Shown here: positions 25,809 through 33,925 of the stretch, piece after piece
Layout of the letters: each line of letters begins with the position of its first letter
Numbering within the stretch: position 1 is the stretch's first letter
Assembly: GCA_003551675.1 (NCBI GenBank)
Contig: PUNG01000152.1
Coordinates: 71,377 to 131,911 of the forward strand
DNA from: Thermoplasmata archaeon
GTDB lineage: Archaea > Thermoplasmatota > Thermoplasmata > Halarchaeoplasmatales > Halarchaeoplasmataceae
Direction of reading: 5' to 3'
DNA length: 60,535 nucleotides
Program-made: the position numbers and the translations under genes
The notes under the pieces: model-generated
Seen by the model: only the letters and a program-made list of their open reading frames with translations
Databases searched by the model: none
Told to the model about the DNA's origin: nothing

Positions 25809-28541
25809 TCAAACTACCAGGTTTCCGAGACTTTCCTTATTTTCATATTCTTTCAAGGCATGTATATCTCCATCACCTGTTAATATAGGGTCTAATTGAT
25901 CCGAGGTGAAGTCCAGATTTGCACATGTAATAACGTCTCCTTTTTTACTATGATTCAAGGCGAATGTCACGGCACTTTTTGCATCTTCTACTCTCATGGG
26001 CTCCTTTCCAGCGGATCTACTTCCCTTGCAGAGCAGGGACAGGATCTCCCCGGAATCTCTCCCTCTTCTCAGATGTTTTCTTTCGGTGAATATCACTTTA
26101 TCGAACACCTCGGCGGCCACTTTTCCATTCATTATGATACTATCATCGCTGCGGTCCCCTATACCCGTATAGACTAATATCTTATCATTTTCATCGGCGA
26201 GGCGATCGGTAAAGTCACCTAGGTTTTTTAACCCATCTGGATTATGGGCGTAATCCAATACCACGTTCCTGTCTTCTACTTCGAATACGTTGAACCTACC
26301 CGGTGTGTTTTTCTCAGTGGTATCGAATTTCATAAGTGCATTTTTGAACATATCTACTTTCAGTCCACTTGCGTAAGCTGCTGCCATTGCTGCTAACGAA
26401 TTTTCTACCAGCATCTTGACACCGCCTAAAAGATAAGGTAGATCTTTGACATCGGCTATCGTTTTTCGCTGACCTTTGATGTAGGCTACCAGCTCATTAT
26501 CCTCTTGAACAAAAGCTTCTCCTCCCTTTGCGATATGTTTTTCGATGATCTTGTTTTTCTCAACTCCGAAAAATATCACTGTTCCATTTGCCTTATCCGT
26601 TAATCTTTCAGCATAATCGTCGTTCCCGTTGATCACACAGAAACCATCTTTTTTGGTCACTTCCAGCAGTATCGATTTCACTTCGAAAATATCATCGAGG
26701 CAATCCACTCCGTCTGATCCTATGTGGTCTTCTCTTATATTCAATACCACGCCTACATCACATTTGTCGAATCCTAGACCTCTTTTTAGGATACCTCCAC
26801 GTGCGGTTTCAAGTACGGCGTAGTCTACATCTGGATCCTGTAAAACCACATTGGCACTCCATGGTCCTGTAGTGTCACCGTCCGCCACTTTTGAGCCGTT
26901 AGACCATATACCACCAGTAACAGCTATTCCTGTATGATGACCTTGATTTTTAGCTAACCATTCTAACAATCTGGATGTGGTGGTTTTCCCGTTGGTACCC
27001 GTTATGGCCACGAGAGGGATACGTCCTTCCCCTGAAGGATACAGATGCTCGATTATCTTTTCTCCCACGGGCCTAGACATACCTATCGAAGGGGCTATAT
27101 GCATCCTCAGACCCGGACTTGAGTTCACTTCTATTATCCCCCAGTTAATTTCCTCTACTGGTAGAGAGACATCGTCTACGATCATATCGATCCCCATGAG
27201 ATCAAGACCGATGATCTTACTAGTCCTCTCTAGTATCTTTTTTAAAGAAGGATGTATGGTATCAGTGTGATCCTCAGCGGTTCCGCCTGTGCTTATGTTA
27301 GCGGTATCTCGCAACCATATTTTTTGTCCTTCCTTAGGTATGGAGTCCAGATCTAGATTTTGTCTTTCTAAGTTTATCCTTGCTTCGTCATCTAATGATA
27401 TCTTAGTCAGAACAGAATCGTGGTCGTCACCTCTTTTCGGGTCCCTGTTTGTGAGTTCTACTAACTCTTTTATCTTTGACGAACCATCGCCTACTACGTG
27501 TGCGGGGATCCTTTTTGCTACAGCTACTACTTTATGATCAACTAACAATGCTCTGTAATCGTCGCCCTCTAGATACTTTTCTACTAATAGATTAGAAGAA
27601 TACTTTTCGGAGAGCGAATAAGCTTCGTTGAGTTCGTCTGGGTTTTTTAGATTGACGAACACACCGTTGCCGTGATGGCCCATAACAGGTTTGATCACCA
27701 CGGGATATCCTATATTTTCAGCTATCTCTAGTGCTTCTTTTAACGAATTAGCGACTTCGCCCCGGGGAACGGGTATCCCTAAATCATAAAGGATATCTTT
27801 ACAGATGTCTTTTTTCTGACTGATCTCGGAACCGACTAAAGAGGTCTCTGAGGTTTCGGGTCCCCATATCATCTTTTTATTTTTCCCCCATCCGAGGGCG
27901 AAGAGGCTGTATTCTTCATGGATCCGTTTGTAAGGTATGTCTTTCTTTTTAGCGGCCTTCAAAATAGCCCATGTGCTGGGACCTATCTTTTCTTTCAAGA
28001 AAGTCTCTTCTGCTTCTTTGAGTGTGTTATCCACGAAACTTTTCAGCTCCTCCTCTCCAGACAATAGCTTGTTTACTATCTTTATTGCCTCTTCCAATGC
28101 AAAAGACGCTAAAGAAGGGTACTCGTAGTCCATTATTATCTTGTAAATGTTTCCGTATCCTCTCCTGCTTTTACCGAAGCTCACTTCGGAACCCACGCTG
28201 TTCTGTATGGAGAGCGCCGTGTGTTCAATTATATGTGCAGGGTAAGTTCCCTCTTCCAGTCTTTCGACGAAACCTCCTTCATAGCCTCTAGAACATGAAT
28301 GGGTCTTCAACTCAGGTAAAAGACGTGATATCTTATCAGCGAAGTCTTTGTTAGACGGTGTTTCCACCCAATCTCCCAGATCTACATGAACCTCCATCAC
28401 CGGGAACAGAGCGTAAATGTTCGGTCCTTCTAGAAATTTTCTACTGACTTCTTTTATCTCTGCATCAACTTTATCTCCTATCTTTTTCTCGTCAAATATT
28501 TTCATCATATCACCTCTTCTTTGTTTAGGACCAGATGCCAT
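25809..28541 (-). CDS. cphA: Cyanophycin synthetase (N domain + ATP-grasp + Mur-ligase-like domains)
   Basis: About 900 aa. The ATP-grasp region is GYPVVIKPVMGHHGNGVFVNL, the Mur-ligase P-loop is VAITGTNGKTTTSRLL, and the C-terminal Mur-like domain includes VLDYAHNPDG. The start is uncertain: ATG at 28541, or the MMKIF ATGs about 33-36 nt downstream. Confidence 0.9.
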   Translation of the reverse strand: MASGPKQRRGDMMKIFDEKKIGDKVDAEIKEVSRKFLEGPNIYALFPVMEVHVDLGDWVETPSNKDFADKISRLLPELKTHSCSRGYEGGFVERLEEGTYPAHIIEHTALSIQNSVGSEVSFGKSRRGYGNIYKIIMDYEYPSLASFALEEAIKIVNKLLSGEEELKSFVDNTLKEAEETFLKEKIGPSTWAILKAAKKKDIPYKRIHEEYSLFALGWGKNKKMIWGPETSETSLVGSEISQKKDICKDILYDLGIPVPRGEVANSLKEALEIAENIGYPVVIKPVMGHHGNGVFVNLKNPDELNEAYSLSEKYSSNLLVEKYLEGDDYRALLVDHKVVAVAKRIPAHVVGDGSSKIKELVELTNRDPKRGDDHDSVLTKISLDDEARINLERQNLDLDSIPKEGQKIWLRDTANISTGGTAEDHTDTIHPSLKKILERTSKIIGLDLMGIDMIVDDVSLPVEEINWGIIEVNSSPGLRMHIAPSIGMSRPVGEKIIEHLYPSGEGRIPLVAITGTNGKTTTSRLLEWLAKNQGHHTGIAVTGGIWSNGSKVADGDTTGPWSANVVLQDPDVDYAVLETARGGILKRGLGFDKCDVGVVLNIREDHIGSDGVDCLDDIFEVKSILLEVTKKDGFCVINGNDDYAERLTDKANGTVIFFGVEKNKIIEKHIAKGGEAFVQEDNELVAYIKGQRKTIADVKDLPYLLGGVKMLVENSLAAMAAAYASGLKVDMFKNALMKFDTTEKNTPGRFNVFEVEDRNVVLDYAHNPDGLKNLGDFTDRLADENDKILVYTGIGDRSDDSIIMNGKVAAEVFDKVIFTERKHLRRGRDSGEILSLLCKGSRSAGKEPMRVEDAKSAVTFALNHSKKGDVITCANLDFTSDQLDPILTGDGDIHALKEYENKESLGNLVV

Positions 28542-28730
28542 GATATCACGGGTACTCAGAATCTTCGAGCTAGGTTGCTCTAGTTCAAGTTGTGAAACCG
28601 ATGGACTATCTTTTTTCCCTCTCTAAGCCTTACTGCCGCTCGTTGGAGAACTTGGCCCTATTATAAGAGATACACACGGAAGTATATATAGTTATCTATT
28701 CTTAACACAAAATAAAACTAAAGGGCAACG

Positions 28731-28738
28731 TTTATAAT
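28731..28738 (+). promoter_or_regulatory. Candidate TATA box for the nadM-pncC fusion gene
   Basis: TTTATAAT is centred about 29 nt upstream of the ATG at 28764, with no SD in between. This fits a leaderless archaeal mRNA. Confidence 0.4.
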
Positions 28739-28763
28739 ATCAATCTATCTCTACTCAAATGCT

Positions 28764-29738
28764 ATGAAAAGTTTGTTCATCGGCAGATTTCAGCCATTTC
28801 ATAAAGGCCATCTTTCCGCGGTCGAAGAAATACTTAAAAAGTCAGATAGTTTGGTCATCGGAATAGGAAGTGCTCAGAAGCAGAGAAAAAAAGAAGACCC
28901 TCTTTCAGGTGGGGAAAGGATAACCATGATCAATAGAGTAATAGATCATCGTGGGCTAGAAAATATTGAGATATATCCCGTTCCCGATCTAGAGTGCCAT
29001 CCTGCTTGGCCTTACTACATAGAAGCTATTTTACCGGATTTTCAAAGAGTATACGGTAACTCCCATACCGTTTTAAAATTATTTAGCGGTATCGGATACG
29101 AGACCGAAGAGATAGAAGAGGTTCATAGAGAAGAGTACTCAGGAACGGAGATCAGGAGGAGGATGAGAAACGGAGACCATTGGAAAGATTTGGTCCCATG
29201 CGAAGTGGCCGAGTATCTTGAGGAGATAAATATGAAGGAAAGGATGAGACCCATCATAGAAACAAAGTCTGAAACTGAAAAAAATGTTGCCCATCTGTTA
29301 ACAAAAAAAGGAAAAACCATAGCTGCGGCGGAATCATGTACAGGTGGACTGATATCCGACAGATTGACCGACGTCCCGGGATCTTCTGGTTATTTTGTGG
29401 CCGGAATAGTCACATACAGTAACGAAGCCAAGGTGAACCTGTTAGGAGTAGACCAGGATATCATAAAAGAAAAAGGTGCCGTTAGCGCAGAAGTCGCTGA
29501 GCAGATGGCCGAGGGTATAAAAACAAGTCAAGGTACGCATATAGGCTTAGCCGTAACCGGTATCGCGGGTCCCGGTGGTGGTAGCGAAGAAAAACCAATT
29601 GGAACGGTTCACATCGCACTTTCCACAGAGACGGAAACAAAAAACAGGTCGTTTCACTTCAGTGGTGACCGAAAAGAAGTAAAAAAACAGACATCGGAAA
29701 AAGCCTTAGAATTGATTATAGAGTACTTAACAGATTGA
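28764..29738 (+). CDS. Bifunctional fusion of archaeal-type nicotinamide-nucleotide adenylyltransferase (NadM) and a CinA C-terminal/PncC NMN amidohydrolase domain
   Basis: The N-terminal half (FIGRFQPFHKGHL...GIGSAQK...EYSGTEIRRRM) matches archaeal NMNAT. The C-terminal half (AAAESCTGGLISDRLTDVPGSS.YF..GIVTYSNEAK...GLAVTGIAGPGGG) matches the CinA/PncC domain. Confidence 0.85.
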   Translation: MKSLFIGRFQPFHKGHLSAVEEILKKSDSLVIGIGSAQKQRKKEDPLSGGERITMINRVIDHRGLENIEIYPVPDLECHPAWPYYIEAILPDFQRVYGNSHTVLKLFSGIGYETEEIEEVHREEYSGTEIRRRMRNGDHWKDLVPCEVAEYLEEINMKERMRPIIETKSETEKNVAHLLTKKGKTIAAAESCTGGLISDRLTDVPGSSGYFVAGIVTYSNEAKVNLLGVDQDIIKEKGAVSAEVAEQMAEGIKTSQGTHIGLAVTGIAGPGGGSEEKPIGTVHIALSTETETKNRSFHFSGDRKEVKKQTSEKALELIIEYLTD

Positions 29739-29752
29739 CCAAAAAGGCTCAC

Positions 29753-30118
29753 TTACACCTGTTCTCTTAGAGTGTTGATGGTTTTGTTTATCTCTTCGAA
29801 TAACAAACCTAATTTCTCCGAAGAATCTACGACCACTGCTAGGATAACGTTCTTTTCAGTACTGTTTATTATTATCTTTCCCTCTCTTGAATCTACGATT
29901 ATCCTTCTAATTCTACCTCGATCTAGCTCTGAATTTGCACTGTTCGCCGCACCGATAACCGTTGCACACATTATTCCAAAAGTTTCTTGGTGCACTTCAT
30001 GGGGGAGATTCGATTTTATGATGCTTCCTTCCCTGTCTATCAATGCAGAGCCGTAAACCCCTTTTCTTTTCAGGTTGTTAAGTAGTTCTCCAAATTCATC
30101 TGCCATATTATCACTCAA
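29753..30118 (-). CDS. Roadblock/LC7 (MglB-like) domain protein
   Basis: 121 aa. The blocks GVYGSALIDREGSIIKSNLP and GKIIINSTEKNVILAVVVD fit the Roadblock/LC7 pattern. The gene overlaps the upstream V4R gene by 8 nt. Confidence 0.75.
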   Translation of the reverse strand: MSDNMADEFGELLNNLKRKGVYGSALIDREGSIIKSNLPHEVHQETFGIMCATVIGAANSANSELDRGRIRRIIVDSREGKIIINSTEKNVILAVVVDSSEKLGLLFEEINKTINTLREQV

Positions 30119-30548
30119 ATTTCTTTTCTTTTATTTCAAATTCACAATGCTCATGATCTAAACTTTGGCATTTTACTTCTTTGACTTCGATCAATCCTCC
30201 TCTCACCCCTTCATAGAGTCCACAGATCATCCCCCTCAGCAGATTGCATGAAGGCATTTCTAAGGTTTTATCGACTTCTATGCTACCTTTTGCTGTAACC
30301 AGATCCTCTTCCAATTCGATCTCCTCGACCCATCCCCTTCCTTCCATAAGGTTTTTCGCTCTTTTTAGTGAATCTTCTTCCCCTTCCTCTATGAGCTCAC
30401 TCATTTTATCGCCCACGGCTTTACCCCAGATGTAGAGCAATATCTCCCTAGCATCTCCGATCATATTTTGATAGAAGTGGGAGATGTTTTCGATATCTTC
30501 TTGGGATAACTTTACAAACTTCATTCTTTTTCCCCTAATACAAGCCAT
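30111..30548 (-). CDS. V4R (4-vinyl reductase-like) domain protein
   Basis: LRGMICGLYEGVRGGLIEVKEVKCQSLDHEHCEFEI is the typical V4R C-terminal Cys/His motif. An alternative start is the ATG at 30524, which is preceded by AGGGG. Confidence 0.65.
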   Translation of the reverse strand: MACIRGKRMKFVKLSQEDIENISHFYQNMIGDAREILLYIWGKAVGDKMSELIEEGEEDSLKRAKNLMEGRGWVEEIELEEDLVTAKGSIEVDKTLEMPSCNLLRGMICGLYEGVRGGLIEVKEVKCQSLDHEHCEFEIKEKKFE

Positions 30549-30598
30549 CTATTTAACTTTGAGGTTGGTCGAACATGAAGTTACAAACCATAACTGTT

Positions 30599-31174
30599 TT
30601 ATCTGTAACATTCGGGGCAAAGTAGTTGACTATTTTCAGATGTTAATCGGTCTGAATAGACTCCACAGCTTTCACAGTATCCCGAAGTTTCTTTTTCTAC
30701 ATGTTCTCCGTACTCGTTCATCTCTCCCTTTCTGCTGATCCTGTCGTATTCTCTCGTGATGTCTATGAGCGTTGGAGATATTTCTAGGATTTCATTTTCG
30801 GTTATCAAGCCTATCATCTTACCCTTCTCCATCACGGGCAATCTCCTGATATTTTTTTCTGCCATAGATTCTGCGGCGTCTAGTATGTATTTTTTTCCCT
30901 CGATAGTGTGTACAGGAGAGGACATTATATCTTTTACAGTCACTTCATCAGATGATATATTTTCGGCCACCACCTTTTTGACGATATCCATCTCGGTGAC
31001 TATTCCTGTGAGTTCATCGTCTTCATCCATCACCACCAAGCTGCCGATATCCGAATCTTTCATAAGGTCCGCCGCTTTTTTAACGCTATCTTGCTCCCTG
31101 ATCATCACTGGACTCTTCGTCATCACATCCCGTACTGAAACCTCATGCCTTTCGAATCTCTTTGTATTCTCCAT
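30599..31174 (-). CDS. CBS-pair domain protein with a C-terminal zinc ribbon
   Basis: Two CBS motifs are present (VRDVMTKSPVMI...GSLVVMDEDDELTGIVTEMDIV and VKDIMSSPVHTI...RRLPVMEKGKMIGLITENEIL). The C-terminus is CESCG...CPEC. Confidence 0.8.
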   Translation of the reverse strand: MENTKRFERHEVSVRDVMTKSPVMIREQDSVKKAADLMKDSDIGSLVVMDEDDELTGIVTEMDIVKKVVAENISSDEVTVKDIMSSPVHTIEGKKYILDAAESMAEKNIRRLPVMEKGKMIGLITENEILEISPTLIDITREYDRISRKGEMNEYGEHVEKETSGYCESCGVYSDRLTSENSQLLCPECYR

Positions 31175-31281
31175 TTGATTCTACCTGAGAACTACATCGA
31201 ATATCTGTGTATTAAATGTTTCCCAGAAAAATAAAATGCCCGACTCCAAAATATTTATAGTTCTTTGTAGATGTCCGTGAG

Positions 31282-32802
31282 ATGACCATGGAATTGAACT
31301 TGAAAGCCACGCTGACATTCAGTGATGAAGTGAATAAGGCGGAAGAACAGATCAAAGAGATCATCGTTAAGTCCAACGAAGACATCCTGAAAAGAGGCGT
31401 TCCTGACGATGTCCAGGGCGGTGCCAGGGTATGTGATCATTCTGTAGAGGGAAAAAAGATAAACCTTCACATAAGATCTGATAGATTTGTAAGAGCTCAC
31501 GATGCCCTTTTGAGATTAAAAAAGAGATTTAATGAGGAGATGGGACCACGATTTCATGTAGGGGTTAGAGAGATCGAGGTGGATGAGTACATAGTCGATT
31601 TCGAACTAGACATGGCGGCTAAAGAAGAGATAAACTTACCGTATGTCGACGAGATCGATATCCGGGGAAAGAGATGCAAACTCAATATCTCCGGTCTTGT
31701 AGAAGAACAGCTGTCAAAAAATTATGTCGATAGGATCATCAGCAGGGTCAAAGAGAAGATAGAAGCTCAATATTATGAAGGAAAGGAGGAGAAATGGGAA
31801 CTAGTTTATGAGTCCGGAGAAAAAGATATCGTTTGGGACCGGGATCCAACTGAAGAAATGGCAGCTCGAGGTTGGATCAAGAGAGGACCCACCAAGGGAA
31901 AATGGTTTTACAGGCCTCAGGCCACGAAGATATTGAAAACTTTGGAGAAGATCGCAGTTGAAGAAGTCTTAAAGCCACTCGGTTTTCAAGAAGTCATCGA
32001 ATCTATGATGGTCCCCTTCGATGTATGGATCGACACGGGTCACATGGAGGGGATCCCTAACGAAGCATATTATGTTTCAGAACCTGTTACTAGAAATCCT
32101 AAAGCATGGGAAGAAATCATAGATGAGATAAAGATAACCCGGGAAGTTCCCAGAGAAAGATTAGATGAGATGACAAAAACTCCGAAGGCGGGACTGTGTT
32201 ACGCACAGTGCCCGTTGATCTACTGGTCTTTGAGGAACGAAACCATAAGCGATGAAAGTTTACCTATCCTATTGTACGAAAAAACCGTTCCCAGTACCAG
32301 ATATGAATCGGGTGGAAGACATGGTATCGAAAGGGTTGATGAGTTCCATCGGATCGAACCGGTATATATAGGAACCAAGGATCAATTGATGGAATTGAAA
32401 GAGGATCTAATTCGAAAATACACCTATGTTTTCGACGAAGTGATGGATATAGAGTGGAGGATGGCTGAAGTCGAGCCTTTTTATCTACAGCAGTCAGGAA
32501 CAGGGGCCGAAGAAGAAGATGTCGATTTAGGAACCATAGATTTTGAGGCCTACCTCCCCTACAAAGGCTCTCGAGAAGAGAGCGAGTGGCTGGAGTTCGG
32601 AAATCTATCTATCTTCGGGAAGTACACCAAGACTTTCAATATAAAGAGTCAGACAAAGAAGCTGCTCTCTGGATGCACTGGTATAGGAATAGAAAGATGG
32701 GCGACGGCCTTTTTGGCACAAAAAGGATTGGATCCTGAAGATTGGCCTTCAAAGTTCAAAGATCACCTTGGAAAGATGCCAAAAGGTTTCAAACTGTTGT
32801 GA
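31282..32802 (+). CDS. serS: Class II aminoacyl-tRNA synthetase, most likely methanogen-type (type 2) seryl-tRNA synthetase
   Basis: About 506 aa. Class II core blocks are GLCYAQCPLIYWSL, SGGRHGIERVDEFHRIEPVYIG and SGCTGIGIERWATAFLAQKG. The length, the N-terminal domain and the Cys positions fit my recollection of the zinc-dependent methanogen-type SerRS. This is not verified by alignment. Confidence 0.6.
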   Translation: MTMELNLKATLTFSDEVNKAEEQIKEIIVKSNEDILKRGVPDDVQGGARVCDHSVEGKKINLHIRSDRFVRAHDALLRLKKRFNEEMGPRFHVGVREIEVDEYIVDFELDMAAKEEINLPYVDEIDIRGKRCKLNISGLVEEQLSKNYVDRIISRVKEKIEAQYYEGKEEKWELVYESGEKDIVWDRDPTEEMAARGWIKRGPTKGKWFYRPQATKILKTLEKIAVEEVLKPLGFQEVIESMMVPFDVWIDTGHMEGIPNEAYYVSEPVTRNPKAWEEIIDEIKITREVPRERLDEMTKTPKAGLCYAQCPLIYWSLRNETISDESLPILLYEKTVPSTRYESGGRHGIERVDEFHRIEPVYIGTKDQLMELKEDLIRKYTYVFDEVMDIEWRMAEVEPFYLQQSGTGAEEEDVDLGTIDFEAYLPYKGSREESEWLEFGNLSIFGKYTKTFNIKSQTKKLLSGCTGIGIERWATAFLAQKGLDPEDWPSKFKDHLGKMPKGFKLL

Positions 32803-32874
32803 TAATACATCCACTCGACCAAAAAGTAGATATATCATCTGTAAAATTCCGCTAACCAAAGGACTCGATATACT

Positions 32875-33780
32875 ATGGCTAAAAAATCCAGGCGTGCTGG
32901 CAGACGTGTAAAAGATAAGTGGAAAAGCAAGAGTTGGTATCGAATAGTCGCACCAGATATATTCGATGAGGCAGTTGTAGGTGAAACAGTTGCTTCGGAC
33001 CCGGAGTCATTACTAGGTCGAGTATCGGAGATAAGCCTCCAGGACTTGACAGGAGACTTTTCGAGAACTCATATAAAAGTTAAATTAAAGATCAACGGTG
33101 TGAGAGGCGGAGAATGTAAGACCCGATTCGTAGGCCACAATATGACTTCTGACTATATCAGAAGACTCACCAGGAGAAGACAATCTAAACTTGAAGCGGT
33201 CTTTACAGTAAGGACAAAAGAGGGCTACAAGGTAAGGTTGAAACCGCTCTCCATAACAAATAAAAGGGTGAGTTCCTCCGTCAAAAGATCGCTGAGAAAA
33301 AAGCAGCACCAGGTGATAAGCGATATGGCCGAAAATTCACGCCTCGGGGAGCTAGCCCAAAAGATATTGTTCGGCGAATTACCAAAAAAACTAGCTAATG
33401 AATGCAAATCCATCTATCCTCTAAAACAAGTTGAGATCAAGAAGTCAGAAGTATTATCCGTTCCAAAAGATGAAGAGATCGAGATGAAGGTCATAACCGA
33501 GGAAGAATTAGAGGAAGAAAAGGAAGAGGAAGAAGAAGAGAAAGAAGAGAGAGAAGAGAAAGAGGAAGAAGAGGAAGAGGCAAAGGTACCCAGCAAACCA
33601 GAAGTGATCGAGCAGTTCAAAGATATAAAGGGCGTTGGTCCAACTACCGCAGAAAAACTTTATGAAGGTGGTTATCACACCATCCAGCAGTTGACGGACG
33701 CGTCTAAGGAAGAACTCACTGAAGTAGAGGGTATAGGCAAAGCGGTCTCGGAAACTATCTACAAAGCTCTGCACGACTGA
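32875..33780 (+). CDS. rps3ae: 30S ribosomal protein S3Ae (eS1) with a polyglutamate linker and a C-terminal helix-hairpin-helix extension
   Basis: Residues 1 to about 200 (KDKWKSKSWYRIVAPDIF...LQDLTGDFSRTHIKVKLKI...) are S3Ae. An E/K-rich linker follows. The tail IKGVGPTTAEKLYEGGYHTIQQLTDASKEELTEVEGIGKAVSETIY carries two HhH motifs similar to the RadA/Rad51 N-terminal domain. Confidence 0.85.
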   Translation: MAKKSRRAGRRVKDKWKSKSWYRIVAPDIFDEAVVGETVASDPESLLGRVSEISLQDLTGDFSRTHIKVKLKINGVRGGECKTRFVGHNMTSDYIRRLTRRRQSKLEAVFTVRTKEGYKVRLKPLSITNKRVSSSVKRSLRKKQHQVISDMAENSRLGELAQKILFGELPKKLANECKSIYPLKQVEIKKSEVLSVPKDEEIEMKVITEEELEEEKEEEEEEKEEREEKEEEEEEAKVPSKPEVIEQFKDIKGVGPTTAEKLYEGGYHTIQQLTDASKEELTEVEGIGKAVSETIYKALHD

Positions 33781-33801
33781 ATAACATCACACAAGTTTTT
33801 T

Positions 33802-33914
33802 GTCGGGGTAGCTCAGCCTGGCGGAGCGCTAGACTCATAGGGGAAAGAATTGCTTTTCCGCAAGGGCTGACCTGAGAAATCTAGAGGTCGCGGGTTCAAA
33901 CCCCGTCCCCGACA
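33802..33914 (+). tRNA. tRNA-Met(CAT) (elongator type, or the CAU-reading Ile2 type) with a 39-nt intron at the canonical 37/38 position
   Basis: Manual fold. Acceptor GTCGGGG/CCCCGAC; D arm GCTC...GAGC. Anticodon stem CTAGA/TCTAG with loop CT-CAT-A, then the intron (33840-33878), then A. Variable loop AGGTC. T arm GCGGG-TTCAAAC-CCCGT; discriminator A. No CCA is encoded, and G1-C72 excludes an initiator. Confidence 0.85.
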
Positions 33915-33917
33915 TTA

Positions 33918-33923
33918 TTTTTT
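33918..33923 (+). terminator. T-run downstream of tRNA-Met
   Basis: TTTTTT starts 4 nt after the tRNA discriminator. Oligo-T is the usual archaeal termination signal. Confidence 0.4.
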
Positions 33924-33925
33924 GT

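Noticed and set aside
33414-33774. Minus-strand ORFs 33414..33620 and 33508..33774 (S/F/L-rich)
   Set aside because: They are antisense shadows of the GAA/GAG-rich linker in the S3Ae-HhH gene.
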